A DNA stretch of 64,000 bases from Lama glama (Eukaryota), in contig CM052816.1 in NCBI GenBank assembly GCA_028534125.1, positions 85,190,001-85,254,000 of the forward strand. Reading direction: 5' to 3'. Positions within the stretch are counted from its first letter, which is position 1. Every line of letters starts with the position of its first letter. The notes beneath the pieces were generated by a model. It did not search any database and was not told the origin of the DNA. It saw only the letters and a list, made by a program, of their open reading frames with translations. Below, in pieces: positions 51,694-64,000 of the stretch. The position numbers were made by a program, and so were the translations under genes.

Positions 51694-52841
51694 TGGCTTT
51701 TGGAAAAAGAAAAGATCCACATAGATTGTACTAAACCCAACAATTTTACAGGCCAGTTTTAATAATCATTCAAGAAACATTATTTTCTTATACAAATTGG
51801 TCAAGATTCTAGAACAGGAAATCTACCCACTTTATATGAGACTCATATAACATTGCTGCAAACTGGGTAGGAACACCATTGCAAAGGAAAAGGAGAGACC
51901 AAACTCTATTGTAAACATAATCCCTTCTATATATATATATGTATATATTTAAATATTAGGTTAATGATACAGCAATGTGTTAGATACATGTTTGTCAATA
52001 TCAGGGGAATATATCATGGAAGGAAGATTCCATACATAACTGAAAACATTAGCAGTTTAAAAGAGATAAAGCATTTGCTACTCTTAGTTGAATTTTAAAA
52101 AATGCTAACTTGATAAAAATTCATCATCTACTCATAGTAAGTTTTATTTACCCAACCAACTATAGAGGAGAAATTTCCCAATATGATACTGAATATATAA
52201 AGAAATAAAAGCCTTATGTTGAAGGCGTATGTCTAGCCAGCATCCAATTATTATCTTTTAATTTTCAAAAGGCACTTAAGCCAGTGTCTAAATGTTTTCT
52301 GCCTAGAAAGAGATGTGTAATTTCTATCATGATAAGGTAATCAATGTAAGTTTATGTTTAGTAAATTATCCATCAAAAGCAGAGAGGTCCTATGTTTGAT
52401 TCATAGATTCCTCTGATAAGCACCCTTGCAACCACCATTGACTGCAGCAAATTTGAAATTAAACACTGAACTAATTTTACCCTTGCAGGTTATGGTTGTT
52501 TACCATGGGATATTTCTGCACAGTTTTTGTGACTAATTGCATAATATCACATGAAACCTTTTTTTTCTTCCTGGAATGAATAGCTTAGATGCAATTTAAT
52601 TACCACAATTACAGAATATATATAAATTTAACTCAAGAAATTCATCTCACTTACAGTTACCCTTATGCAATCATCCTCTTATATTCTCCTTTACTTTTGC
52701 AACCAAGCACAATAATTAGTCTGACACACTTTATATTCACAGTGCTGTGTGAACAATTTTATTTCCTCCCAAGTTTTGCCATTAAATGCAAGAGATATAT
52801 GGCTTCTGAATTTTTTTATTTTAATCAAGAATAAATCAAGA

Positions 52842-53040
52842 ACTACCTACTATATATAAAATAGACAAACAAGTGTATACTGTATAGCACAGGGAACTAT
52901 ATTCAATATCTTGTAGTAACCTATAAGGAAAAAAGATATGAAAAGGAATATATGTATGTATATGTATGACTAAAACATTATGCTATACACCAAAAATTGA
53001 CACAACCTTGTGAACTGACTATACTTCAATTTTTTAAAAG
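52842..53040 (+). mobile_element. Short LINE-1 3' end with TSD
   Basis: 'tactgtatagcacagggaactatattcaatatcttgtagtaacctata...gactatacttcaa'; TSD agaataaatcaaga (52828-52841) vs agaataaatgagga (53041-53054). Confidence 0.9.
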
Positions 53041-54509
53041 AGAATAAATGAGGATATTTAAATACAATCATTTTCTAATCCCATATTTCCATTCAGTGCT
53101 TTCTTTGAACCAATTTGCTTCAAAAGTAAATGTTTGCTGTAGAAACATTCTTCCGATTATTTGTCTTATTTCTAAATGAATATAATATTTCCATCATTAA
53201 ATATTTTTGCTTTTTATTAGTAGTGTAACCTGGGTAGCATTTTATCACCATTTCTACCACATTTAAGCCAGAGATACAATATATCATGCAATTTAGATTT
53301 TAATCTCCCTTATAACTTACCAGACCAAGGACACAATCCTATTCTTTAATTTGGTGTGACATTGCACTTCCCTTTCTAACAAAGCTAGTAAATAATCTTA
53401 GACAGTTTCTGAATTATCAGTAATATATGTAAATTGTCTTTAACAAAGAGGAGGTATCCTCCATTATTCAACTGAATAAATATCAGTTAAGTATTACCAA
53501 CCACATATTTTCTTTTAATTATGCCCTGAGAATGACATTTATTGTTACTAAGTTTCTTTAAGTTGTTGGCCTTTCTTTCCTCCAAAGACATCACACAATC
53601 CATATGTTGAGAGTGCCAGTGTTTTCTGAAAGTGCCATGAGCCACAAAATCTCATGATAGCCATGGACAAGTACATATCCTGGGAAACAAATAAATCCCC
53701 TTATGAGTTGCCATACCTTCTTTCATGGAGCATATACACTTGGGTTAGTTTAGCCAAGAGGGGAAAGAGCTTACCATCATTAAGGTGGCTCTATGATGGA
53801 TGTGTCAATATAGTTAATTAGGAGCAGAAAACACATCTCCCCTCATTTGTGGCAAAGATAAACATTCTAAGAGTGTTAAACCTTGCAAATTGTACTAGGC
53901 ACATGGAAATTCAATATATAATAATTAGCAGCACATGAGCAACAATCAGATATCAAGCCAATACCACATGGTATCAACCGCACAAAAGTCTTGAACAAAA
54001 TTATATAAAACAGCATGGTTTGATACAAAACCGTTGTTTGATATGTTGTTTATGGCATTCCCCAGACGGTAATCAAAAATACTAGCTTTCCCGACACATG
54101 GATTGCTCAGTCTGTTTTGGAAAAAAGAAAACAAAACAAAACAAAATGATTAATGATTAAGAGAACTTTTAAAGTTAACACCCCTAGCTCTCAGAATACA
54201 ATTAAAACAGAAGTAATCACTAACAATAAGCAAAAAAATAGTAAATTGTATAGAAATAGATGGATAATTTCTTGGAAGCTTTAAGCATATGGGGAAAATA
54301 TGGAGAAGTATCTAGTTGAGAACATTCTTTGCAGCCTTTAATAGCTCATCAAATAATCCTTATAAGAAAGCCTCTCTAGGGTTGAGAAAATTCTCCTAGT
54401 GTGATGAAGGAAAAGTCTTAAATCAAGCACCTACTATCCTGAAATTCTAGAGCCATGCATCTGTTTTTACTAAGTTGATTCATCAACATTGGGGTTTCTA
54501 AATAAGAAA

Positions 54510-54605
54510 ACAAATATATGTATACATATGCATGATTGGGACATGATGCTGTACACCAGAAACTGACACATTGTAACTGACTATTCTTCAACTAAAAAAA
54601 AAAAA
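54510..54605 (+). mobile_element. Very short LINE-1 3' end with poly(A)
   Basis: 'tgctgtacaccagaaactgacacattgtaactgactattcttcaactaaaaaaaaaaaa' matches the reverse complement of 44281-44360. Confidence 0.85.
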
Positions 54606-56749
54606 CTCAATTAGTTAGATACTCTTTAGGAGTATTTTTAAAGACCAGATAAAAATGTACTGACTCAAACGATCAGGTTCCTATAAAATAAGTGTATTTA
54701 TAATAGAAAGATGCCACAGCAGTACAAATGTTTTCTAATGTTAACCTTGCAAAATAGTATACATTTTAAGATTATTTAAACGCGTATCAAGATTCACACA
54801 TTCATACAAATATACTATCAAATATTCAATAAATTTGCTATCAAATTTACAATAAAATGTTAAGAATGTTACCATTCCTTGCCTTGAAGGCATAGTGAGG
54901 TATAAAAGATACTGGCTCTCATTGCAAAGCATCTGAATATTTACTGTATTCAAAGAAGATTTTTGAAGAGCTTGGTGTTAACTTTTAAAAGCATGTTTCT
55001 GTTACGATCAAAACACTCACAGAACTTCCAGAATCTTTTCCTGACTCAGGAAGGCATTATCTACATTATACCAAGATACAGAAAAGATAATTCACATTTT
55101 TGGAAAAAAAAAAACTGCATCTTAACATATAGCCTGAGAACAGTCATCTGGTCTGAATTTGGTCTCTCACATGTCATTTTTCATAAATTAAATAAACCCA
55201 CAGTGAAAATCTGAGGCTTTGTATTTACATCCACCTTTTCTCTGAACTTTCCTACCTCACTAGACCTCTGAATGCTTAATGCCCATCTGTGTAAGCTTAC
55301 CATTTATCATGTCTTTGTGTCATAGCTCTATTCACATCAGTACTCAAGGTTTCTAACGTGAAACATAAATTACTTAAAAATTGTTAATCCAAGTCTATAC
55401 ATTGTGTATGTTGTCGAAAGTCTGCACTTCAATCTTTTTCAATAAAGGACTAATTTGCTAGATAATACACATTTTCTGGTATGAGATTTGGCATCGTCTT
55501 TTTTAAGAGTCCAACAAAATGCTGAAGAGACTTGACAGAAAGCTCCTATCCAATTATCTTCTAAAGCCTTATCAAAAGCATAATAAAATTATAGAAAATA
55601 CATCAAAGGGAAAATAATTAAAGTCTAGATCTTTCATTCATTTAAAAAAATTGTCCTTCCAAGGAAACAATTTTTTGATTAAAATTTATTTGGTTCTGGT
55701 TCTTATTAGGTTACTATTTACACTATATTTATAAGAAACATGCTATTTAAACACTTAGTGTATTACTATGGCTAACTGCATTCACAGGGGATGCCTGTCA
55801 AAATCCGTGTTTCTGTATGTTTTTGTAAATATTCCTAGTGAATATAGGCAGTTGCCTACTTTCTATTTTAACTCTGTGCTATTCAATCTATGCACAGCTG
55901 AAAATATATAAACTTATTTTTCTATTTATTAAACAACAAAAAAATGTAATTGGTTATAATTACTCAAAATACAAGTTACTTCATGTGTCATGCTAAATGT
56001 TATTTAAAAATAAAACCAAAACTATATTTATTCATTCTGGTACCCTATGGTAGACATGGTGTCTAAAAGTTTTAAGTTAATATTCCTTACACTTTTAAAT
56101 CTTACATAATTTCCTGTGATTAGTGATACATATTGCACTCGGTTTATGAAGGAGTTAATGCAAAGCTACGTACATGTTTTTGTATTACTTCAATAATGCT
56201 TTTTGAAGAAGATAGTTTTCATGTCCATGGAGATTCCAATAAAACACAAAATCCATTGCGAGTCAGCCTTAGATTTAAATTGTATTACAACATTATTGAT
56301 CACACCCTTTACATTTAAATTGTATTTGGCAATCCCAATGTTGCTCTGTGATTTTACGGCTTGCTAATACAATATACAAATGATAATCATTAACTCTTCC
56401 AGATCAAAGCCCTCTAACAGAGTTAGATATCACTACCAGTATAATAGAAGTGTTCCTTTATGCAAACATTACACAAAGGTGAGATAGATGTTAAGGCCGC
56501 ACAGGCACATGTGATCATAGGGAACTAGTTTGATGTAGCTATTAAGAACACTGAGAGGCCCTCACTGTAAGTATAATCGGATTTTACGAAAGCCATTCTC
56601 TTTGAGGTGATAACGCTCATCTGAATGGTAGGGAAGTACCCAAGAACTGCATTTTCACAGAGATGTGAAGCACTGTAGTTAGAATTAGGAGCACTGAGAA
56701 GCAAGCAGCACGCAGACTCAGGGAACGGGAAAATGGGTCTCCCTGAGGG

Positions 56750-57178
56750 CTTCAATGAAAAATTAAGCAGTTGATCTAAGAAAGAAATGGAAATTTTTAT
56801 TTGAGCCAAATGAGGATTATAACTTTCTGAGATGCTGCTCTGCCCATTAGAAGTCAAGGCACAGTTACAAGTTTTTTGAGACAGAAGGCCATATATCAAA
56901 TGACGTATTATTGACAGTTTACATAATCCATATCTAAGCACCAAGTGACCCTCATAAGCCCAAGAAGGAATGTTATCTTTAAGATGCTGTCTTATTGATG
57001 TAGGAAAATGTTGCTCTTTGTGATTGAGCAGGTACTCACTCCTGCCAATGGGGGAGGCTTGGTCGATGCATAATACAGATACATAGTGCACAGTGGGGAA
57101 AGAGAGGAGGCCAAAAGGCAGAGAAGAATGTTTTATGTTATTTCTTGTCTTGCCATAAAATTAGATTTTTATTTCACA
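56750..57178 (-). mobile_element. ERV1 solo LTR with TSD
   Basis: AGGG(C) on both sides (56746-56750, 57179-57183); right end ...tttcaca; shares 'ttttattt..g.ccaaatgagga.ta' with 40376-40847. Confidence 0.8.
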
Positions 57179-57616
57179 AGGGCAAACATTAATAGAACAC
57201 TAATAGAAGCAGTGACATCTGATACAAAATTTATAGCAACAAGCAAAATGAAATCCTTGAGCCTGGATTTCTGGTTCTCCTCTCTCTATGTCTCTGTCTC
57301 TATCTCTGTCTCTCTCTTTCTTCCTCATGCATCACATTCACTGAGCCAGGTCATTCTTTGTAGCCAAGAAATTCCCAATTTGATGGTGCTCCTGGTTGCA
57401 ATCAAAACCAGAGGCAGATTTTCTTTGGAGGAAATATTCCCATTTTAAGCTCATAGGACAAATAATGAAAGATGTAGGAATGAGTTCATGTGCAGAGATC
57501 ATCAAACAAAGAAGAAAGCAAAACTATTTTGAATTTGAGTCACCAGGAACAGACAAATAAAGCAAAATAACAACAAAACAAACTTAGACCCTTGAAGACT
57601 GTAGACTTAAGTATCT

Positions 57617-58126
57617 TGTATTAGTCAGGGTTCTCCAGAGAAACACAATAGAAGACTATGTATGTGTGTGTGTGTATGTATCGATAGATAGATGATAGAT
57701 AGATAGATAGATGGATGGATGTTGGTTCACACAATTATGCAGGGTAAGTCTCACATTCTGCACTTTGGAGACTGTGGTGTAATTCAAAGTCCTGAGAGCC
57801 TGAAAGCCAAAGGTTTAAGATTCCAGTTTGAATCTGAAGCCCTGAGAACCAGTAACACAGGGGACGGAAGATCATGGTTCCAGCTCGTGACATCAGTCAG
57901 GGAGTGCATGCAAATTTTCTCTACCTTTCTGTTCTGTTTAGTCCCTCAATAGACTGGATAATGACAGCCCACCTTGGGAAAGGCTATTCATGTTCCTCAG
58001 TCCACGAATTCAAATGCTAATCTCATCCCAAAAGACTCTCACAGAAACACCAGAAAATGATATTTAATCAGCTCTCTGGGCATCAGGTGGCCCAGTCAAG
58101 TTGATACATATAATTAATATATCACA
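57617..58126 (-). mobile_element. ERVL solo LTR (MLT2B/C-like)
   Basis: 'tgtattagtcagggttctccagagaaacac...ttcaaatgctaatctcatcc...ggcccagtcaagttgatacat...atcaca'. Confidence 0.88.
57658..57721 (+). repeat. Compound (TG)n(GATA)n(GATG)n microsatellite inside MLT2
   Basis: Seen directly. Confidence 0.9.
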
Positions 58127-61100
58127 TATGCCATATACATATATATAATTAGCCAGCACAAATGCTTAAATATATGCTGCCCACAATAGCCTCATACTAA
58201 GAAAAGCTTTCATGTGAGACACTGGTCACTCAGAAGGCACAAAGTCATGTAAAATATTTGTACTCTTGCACAGGCAGATTCACATAAAGAAGATGGGGGA
58301 AGAAGTAAAAAGTTAGGTGAAGACAGTGTGAAAAAGCTGAGAAGCACCCTATCTTCCTTCCCACTGAATGCTTCCCTGGCTTAGCCATGCCAAAGCCAGA
58401 TATTCATTTTTGCTTCCACAATATCCATCCTAACTCACTCCTGCCTTCGCATTGAATGCTGTGTATTTTCAGGTGAAATTCACATCAGACAGTTAAAGCC
58501 CACCCTGATCCATGCATTCCTTCTCCTTGGAATGAACAGTGCAGAGATGAGCATGTAATTGCTGCGGCACAATTAAACACAGAAGGTGTTTATTAGGCCT
58601 GGGTCAGCTGCTGTAATAGGAGCTGACACACAAAGGACAGAGAAAACCACAAAGACCTAGTGGTGGGGACTCCCTAACACTGGCCTTGAGCTTTTTTGAT
58701 TCATAAATTTCCTTCATCGATTGTTTAAGCCAGTTTGAGTGAGATGTCACCTCTTTGATAAGAAACATTTTTAATGAATAGATATGAAACTGGCTCTCTT
58801 GTGTGTAAATTATTTTTATAACAAAAATTAACACCTCATTTGTGTAATACTGTACACTGTGTTATGTTAGCTACTCAACCCCTGAAAATTATATGAATAT
58901 GTCAGCAAACTGTTCTTTCCTCATCATGAGAGTTTAGGAAAGTACAGTGTAAGACTGATCTTAATCAATTATTTTATATACTCATGTACAAAAAGGCACC
59001 ATGATACTCAGAAGGCTATGTGGATTTCTCATTTCTTAGTTTGTGTAAGAAAAATTTCTAGTCCAATAGGCCAAGGGTATCATTACTGGCCCATTAGATA
59101 TTAGTATCTAAGAAACTCTAGAAAACTGATAACCATTCTTTACAAGGGCACACATGAGGTGATTAGGGATGGCTTTGCTGAATCAGCATAGTATTATAAA
59201 CTGACAATCAGACTGAAGAAGACAGCTCATTAGCAACTTGAACCACGAAAACACCACAGAGAACTAAAGATCTCCATGGATGACATGGAGCTGAAAGCTG
59301 TCAGTGAATACTGCTTCTTCTTCAGTACAATTGCCTTTTAAAGAAAAGTTAATGGGAAAAAAATAGCAAACCAAATCAATAAAATCAGCATGACCTTCAA
59401 GAGAGCAGGAGGCAGAGTGTGTTATCCAACCAAGTTAACAATTCCTTGAGCAATAAGAGACTCCACTTATCGTGAAGATTTTGTTATTTGTATCTGACAT
59501 GAACATTATATACACAACTTTGAAACAAAATTCTCTAAGAATTGACCAAATATGTCCCATATTTGACAGAAAACACAAGGAATCATCATTAAGATCATCT
59601 AAAGATTAAAAAGGCAGGGAGTATTTGAAGCAGTTTTAAGAAGTATCAAATAAAAGAAGAAGTTTTAATGAAAGAAAAGGAGTAGGTGGGGTGTCTGTGT
59701 TACAGTTTGTGTTAGAAAAGTGAAGAAATGAGAGTATGTGTTCAAAAGCATAGATAACAATTTGCAAATTTGCAAAGAAGAAAATGTCAAAGAACTGAGA
59801 AATATTTTATTTTTTATGACTAAACATCTATATAAAATCAAAGAGTAACTTTAGACTTTACTAACCCTATGGTAAAATTCTCCATTTTCTTTGAATTTGG
59901 AAAATTTAAACACAAGTGAAGAATACAAAAATAATCAGTATTTAAGTATAAATAAATATAGAGAAACAGAAGAATATATAAGGAAAGATATGTAGACATA
60001 TAAAATATAACTTTTGTGAGCAAAATCAACACATACACACAGATAAAAGGAACATCGTCTGTAGATATGTTCATATAAAACATGTCTGTATCTATGTTTA
60101 TATATGCCCATATTATATACTTAAATATAAAATAGAATTTCTTTTAGAAGGGAAGTACAAAAAGTTATCATAAATCTAAATCACAAATCTCATTAAAAAA
60201 TTTCTACTTTTTAATCACTGTGCTTCATAACAATTGACATAATTTACTTGAACAAAAATAATAAATAAAAAAGAAATTTAAAATGCCACAGAGTTACAGT
60301 AGTTCTTTGACACAAAAGACTTGTGAGCTTCGAAAATTACAGTGAAAAACAATATCTTATTCTATAGAAAATAATATAAAACAAATAATTGAGATCTATA
60401 ATATGCATAAATGTATTTCATAAATTGGATTTTCAAGGTAAAGCTATGAATGAAATGTAATATGACCATTGGAAATATGACCATTGGAAAACATACCTGA
60501 AGTGCCCGGGCAGGTAACAGACACTCACTTGAATCAAACGTAGTTTGAAAGAAGAGATCACACAGATAATCCCTATTTGTAGGAAGCAGTGTGTCATGTG
60601 GCACTAAGACAAAGGAAAGACTGCATTATTAAAATAATAATAACTCTGCAAGTCAGTTGCCTGGGGAGAAGTAAAGACTAAGCAAACTCTTTAAATCAGG
60701 AATTTTTCAATTAGTCAAGAATGTTTCTGTGGACTCTCTACAACACAAACTTTCTACAAATAGTTGGTTCAGAAAAACAGCTTACCTCCTGTAAATACTA
60801 ATAACTTAAAATTAACCATATAAATTTTAAAAATGAGAAGAAATGAAAGAAAAATTGAAATAGGAAATATTCTTACAAAGAAAAATGAGGTTGTTTTTGG
60901 ATGCATTAATATTATGAACAATCATGTCATCATTATTCAAAAATCATAAGTATATGTCCTACATAAAGATTTTAAAGATGTAAACCGCAGTATATCAGGA
61001 AAGAGAGAGAGAGAACAGAAAAGACGAAACTTGCATTGGCAGAATTAAGAAAAGAGAAAGAGAAAATTAGATTGCCCAACATGAAATGAAGGCAAGTCTC

Positions 61101-61140
61101 AGAGGATCAAATTGAAAAAGAAATTTCAAAAGAAAATCCA

Positions 61141-61461
61141 AAAGACAAATGAACTTATGTATAAAACAGAAACAGACTCATAGACATAGAATACAGACTT
61201 GTGGCTGCCAGTGGGGAGGGAAGTGGGAAGGGATAAGCTGGGAGTTCAAGATTTGCAGATACTGACTGGTATATGTAAAATGGATAAACAAGTTTATACT
61301 GTACAGCACAGGGAAATATATTCAATATGTCGTAGCAGCTCACGGTGAAAATAATATGAAAATAAATATATGAATAATCATGTATAACTGAAGCATTGTG
61401 CTGTACACCAGAAATTGACACAACATTGTAAACTGACTATACCTCAATAAAAAGAAAAAGA
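61141..61461 (+). mobile_element. LINE-1 3' UTR with TSD
   Basis: 'acaaatgaactt...acagactcatagac...tgtaaactgactatacctcaataaaaagaaaaag'; TSD aaaagaaaatcca (61128-61140) vs aaaagaatatcca (61462-61474). Confidence 0.92.
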
Positions 61462-61559
61462 AAAAGAATATCCAGTCAAGAACATTATATAATTCTAGGC
61501 TATGTTACTAAAACACATACCGTTTTTGGCTTCCAAGTCTAAAGGTTTTAACTGTAAGA

Positions 61560-62095
61560 CAGTTTTTCTCAAACTTTTTCATCCCAGAAATCTTTAACAT
61601 TCTTAAAAGTGGTTGAGAACCCCAAAGCTCATCAAAGAGCTTTTGATGATGTAGGCTATAACTAATAATATTTACCACCTTTGAAATTAAAACTAATATT
61701 TTATTTATTTATTTATTCACTTATTCACTTTAAAATAATTATAATAAGCCCAGTTTATTAACATACGTAGCATAATTTTATTTAAAACATATTTCGACTA
61801 TAAAAAATAGTGAGAAGAATAGTGTCACATTACTATCTCCCTTAAGTGAAGACAGGTGTATTCTCATATCTGCTTCCACATTCAATATATTATAACATGT
61901 TATTTTGGTTGAATAGCATGTAAAAAAATCTATTCTTACAGAAATATATAATTGGAAAAGGGAAAGAATTTTTTAAAAGTTTTTTCAGATAACTGTGGCT
62001 ATCCTTCTTTGATACTAGAGCAAATGTGATATGAAATCTAAGCATGATAAAATCCATCGGTCTGTCTTGTGCTTTGAATGACCTTTAATCAAACA
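61560..62095. mobile_element. hAT-Charlie DNA transposon fragment (Charlie1-like)
   Basis: Starts with a Charlie-type TIR 'cagtttttctcaaacttttt', then 'ttgagaaccccaaag...agagctttt' and 'attctcatatctgcttc'; no second TIR seen. Confidence 0.7.
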
Positions 62096-62553
62096 CAATT
62101 TTTTTTCCTTGTTGTATTTTCTCATCACCCCTCCTTCCTAATCCTTAAGGCTTACTTTACATACTTGCGGTGCAACTGAGTGTGTATGATGCCTAGTCAC
62201 TGTCACATGAGTGGATAATGCCATGATATGGCATTGATGATATAGGAATTCTTTCTACCCAGAACTAATTGCTAGGTCTGGGTAAAATAGCTCACCCAAC
62301 GGAGGTTTTTGAAAACATTTACATAAACAGTTATGCTGGAATTACTTGGCTATGTGGCTGGGCTACAAGAAATCTGGAAAGCTCAGCCCCACGCTGAGAC
62401 TGTGGACTCCACTCTTCTCATGCGGACTACCATTGGCAAACAGAGTGATTGCTCATAAAAGCAAGGAGTAGGGAGATGCAGCAATGTGCATTCACGAATA
62501 CTCCCCTGGTTGAAACTTATGAATAACAAAAGTACCACTTATTTTGTGCACAT

Positions 62554-62572
62554 TGTGTGTGTGTGTGTGTGT
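62554..62572. repeat. (TG)n microsatellite
   Basis: Seen directly. Confidence 0.85.
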
Positions 62573-64000
62573 TAGAACACCTATTTTTGCCAGTCCTTAA
62601 ATCCAGTTCTGTATGGAACTGATTCAAGTAGGAAGGGAATGAATAATTATAACCCAAGGAGAAAAGGCACTCATGGTGAAAAACCTAAGTGTGTAGCCTC
62701 TCTGAAATGTCCTTTATGCATTTGTACACGGCACTGTGATTATTTATTTGAAATGGCCTAAAACCTTTTATGAAATGTGGCAGGATGTATATATGGGAAG
62801 AGTTATCTCCATCATTCTATAATGTAACAGTTTTGTATTTATTTAGAAAAGGAAATCAGAAGTCATTTATGCTTTTTAAAACCCAGTCATAGCTTAATAA
62901 CATTAAACATTGTTATGTTTTTTCTCCCTCAGATGTAATTTTATCTGTTTAAAAATATATAAACTACACATATTTTATATGGGAAATTTAGTTTCTTCTA
63001 GAGAAAATTCAAAAACCTGTTTCTTAGGTTAGAACTCTAAGTGGGTAGCTAGTGATATTCAATATTCCAAGATATTATTATAAATGATAATCTAAAAGAT
63101 ACAGTGAAATTGAATTTTGACCTCTTATTCACCTCTCAATAAAAATGATAAAAGACCATGGGGACTAGGGGATTTAAACTAAAGGAAAAGGTTCAATAAA
63201 ATTACGTAGACTTTTTTCAGTGTATCTTTATGCCTGTGCTAAACTGTATTAAAGATCTTTTTTTTCCTTATCCTTTGACAAAAAGCTCTTTACATTATTA
63301 TACAAATCAAAACCTTTAATAATCATTTCAGGTTAATACCTTTGAAAAAATTTATTTAGCTTTCCAAAGTTTTAACTATGTTTTTAGTTTAAATCACTTC
63401 AGTAATTCTTGAAATAACTAGTGAATGATTACACTTTGAGAATTTTTATTTATTTTTTTCTAATCTAGTTCAAATATTTTATATTTTTGAGTCTTAGTGA
63501 TTATTCTTTTCAGTTTTTCTTAAGCATTCCAGTTGCTTATTTCTTCATATCAGAAATATTAGTATGAATATTTTTAAACAAATTAATACAGTCAATTGAC
63601 ACTAAAGCAGTTCTAACTTTTGATGCTCCTTGTATCCTAGGTCATTGAACATATACATATGTGTGTATATATTAATATGCATACATACATTTTTTGCATC
63701 ACTAAACATACATTTATATTTTAAAGCTACATATACTTAAATTTTGAAGGCTGAATTCAATGTGGAAAGAATAAAAAGTTATAAAAGCATGCCCTCCAAA
63801 TGATGCTTTAGCTCAAAAAGTCATATTGGCTTGTGGGCTGACTTCATCTCATATATATACTTTGTTTGATTTAGTTATTAACATTTTAAATGGGGACACT
63901 TTATTTCCATACTCCATAGGTTGAAGTTTTGACTTTCGTTCTCTGGCTCATTGATGAGAAAAGTTGGAGATGTGGGGAAGAAGTCGTTTTCACACTGTTT

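Noticed and set aside
56525..57448. 188-aa and 120-aa ORFs
   Set aside because: They span a solo LTR and its flanks and show no protein family features.
60462..60490. Short tandem duplication atgaccattggaaat x2
   Set aside because: Isolated slippage-type duplication; no array or spacer structure.
62217..62235. Perfect 8-bp inverted repeat aatgccat-gat-atggcatt
   Set aside because: Expected by chance in 64 kb of AT-rich DNA.
1..64000. CRISPR array, prokaryotic operon, tRNA/rRNA or multi-exon host gene
   Set aside because: No repeat-spacer arrays or RNA-gene signatures. Isolated splice-like sites (e.g. ~22040, ~50250) do not form a recognisable coding chain. Small exons of a long gene cannot be excluded without alignment.

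Overview
AT-rich, CpG-poor mammalian (eutherian) intergenic or deep-intronic DNA made up largely of transposable-element relics. I can support no protein-coding gene, RNA gene or CRISPR array. The interpretable ORFs in the track are fragments of LINE-1 or endogenous retrovirus (ERV) frames; the rest look like chance ORFs. The young L1 3' ends and the absence of Alu, B1, Bov-A/BovB, PRE and SINEC elements suggest a non-ruminant cetartiodactyl, probably a camelid (recalled resemblance, not a database result). Main content: (1) a decayed but collinear ERV1 provirus at ~4.2-9.6 kb (LTR, tRNA-Ser PBS, gag, pro, pol, env remnant, LTR); (2) a young L1 spanning a 500-N gap with target-site duplications (TSDs) on both sides; (3) several ERVL/MaLR relics at 14-32 kb; (4) a nested cluster at 33.7-44.9 kb containing a young 299-bp solo LTR and a second ERV1 whose LTR/leader is a CpG island although its gag-pro-pol is ruined; (5) L2, MIR, hAT and short L1 tails; (6) a small palindromic, CpG-retaining non-repeat element at ~53.9-54.1 kb. 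I did not find a convincing novel biological system. Repeat family names are by eye and need RepeatMasker/Dfam confirmation; many boundaries are approximate.
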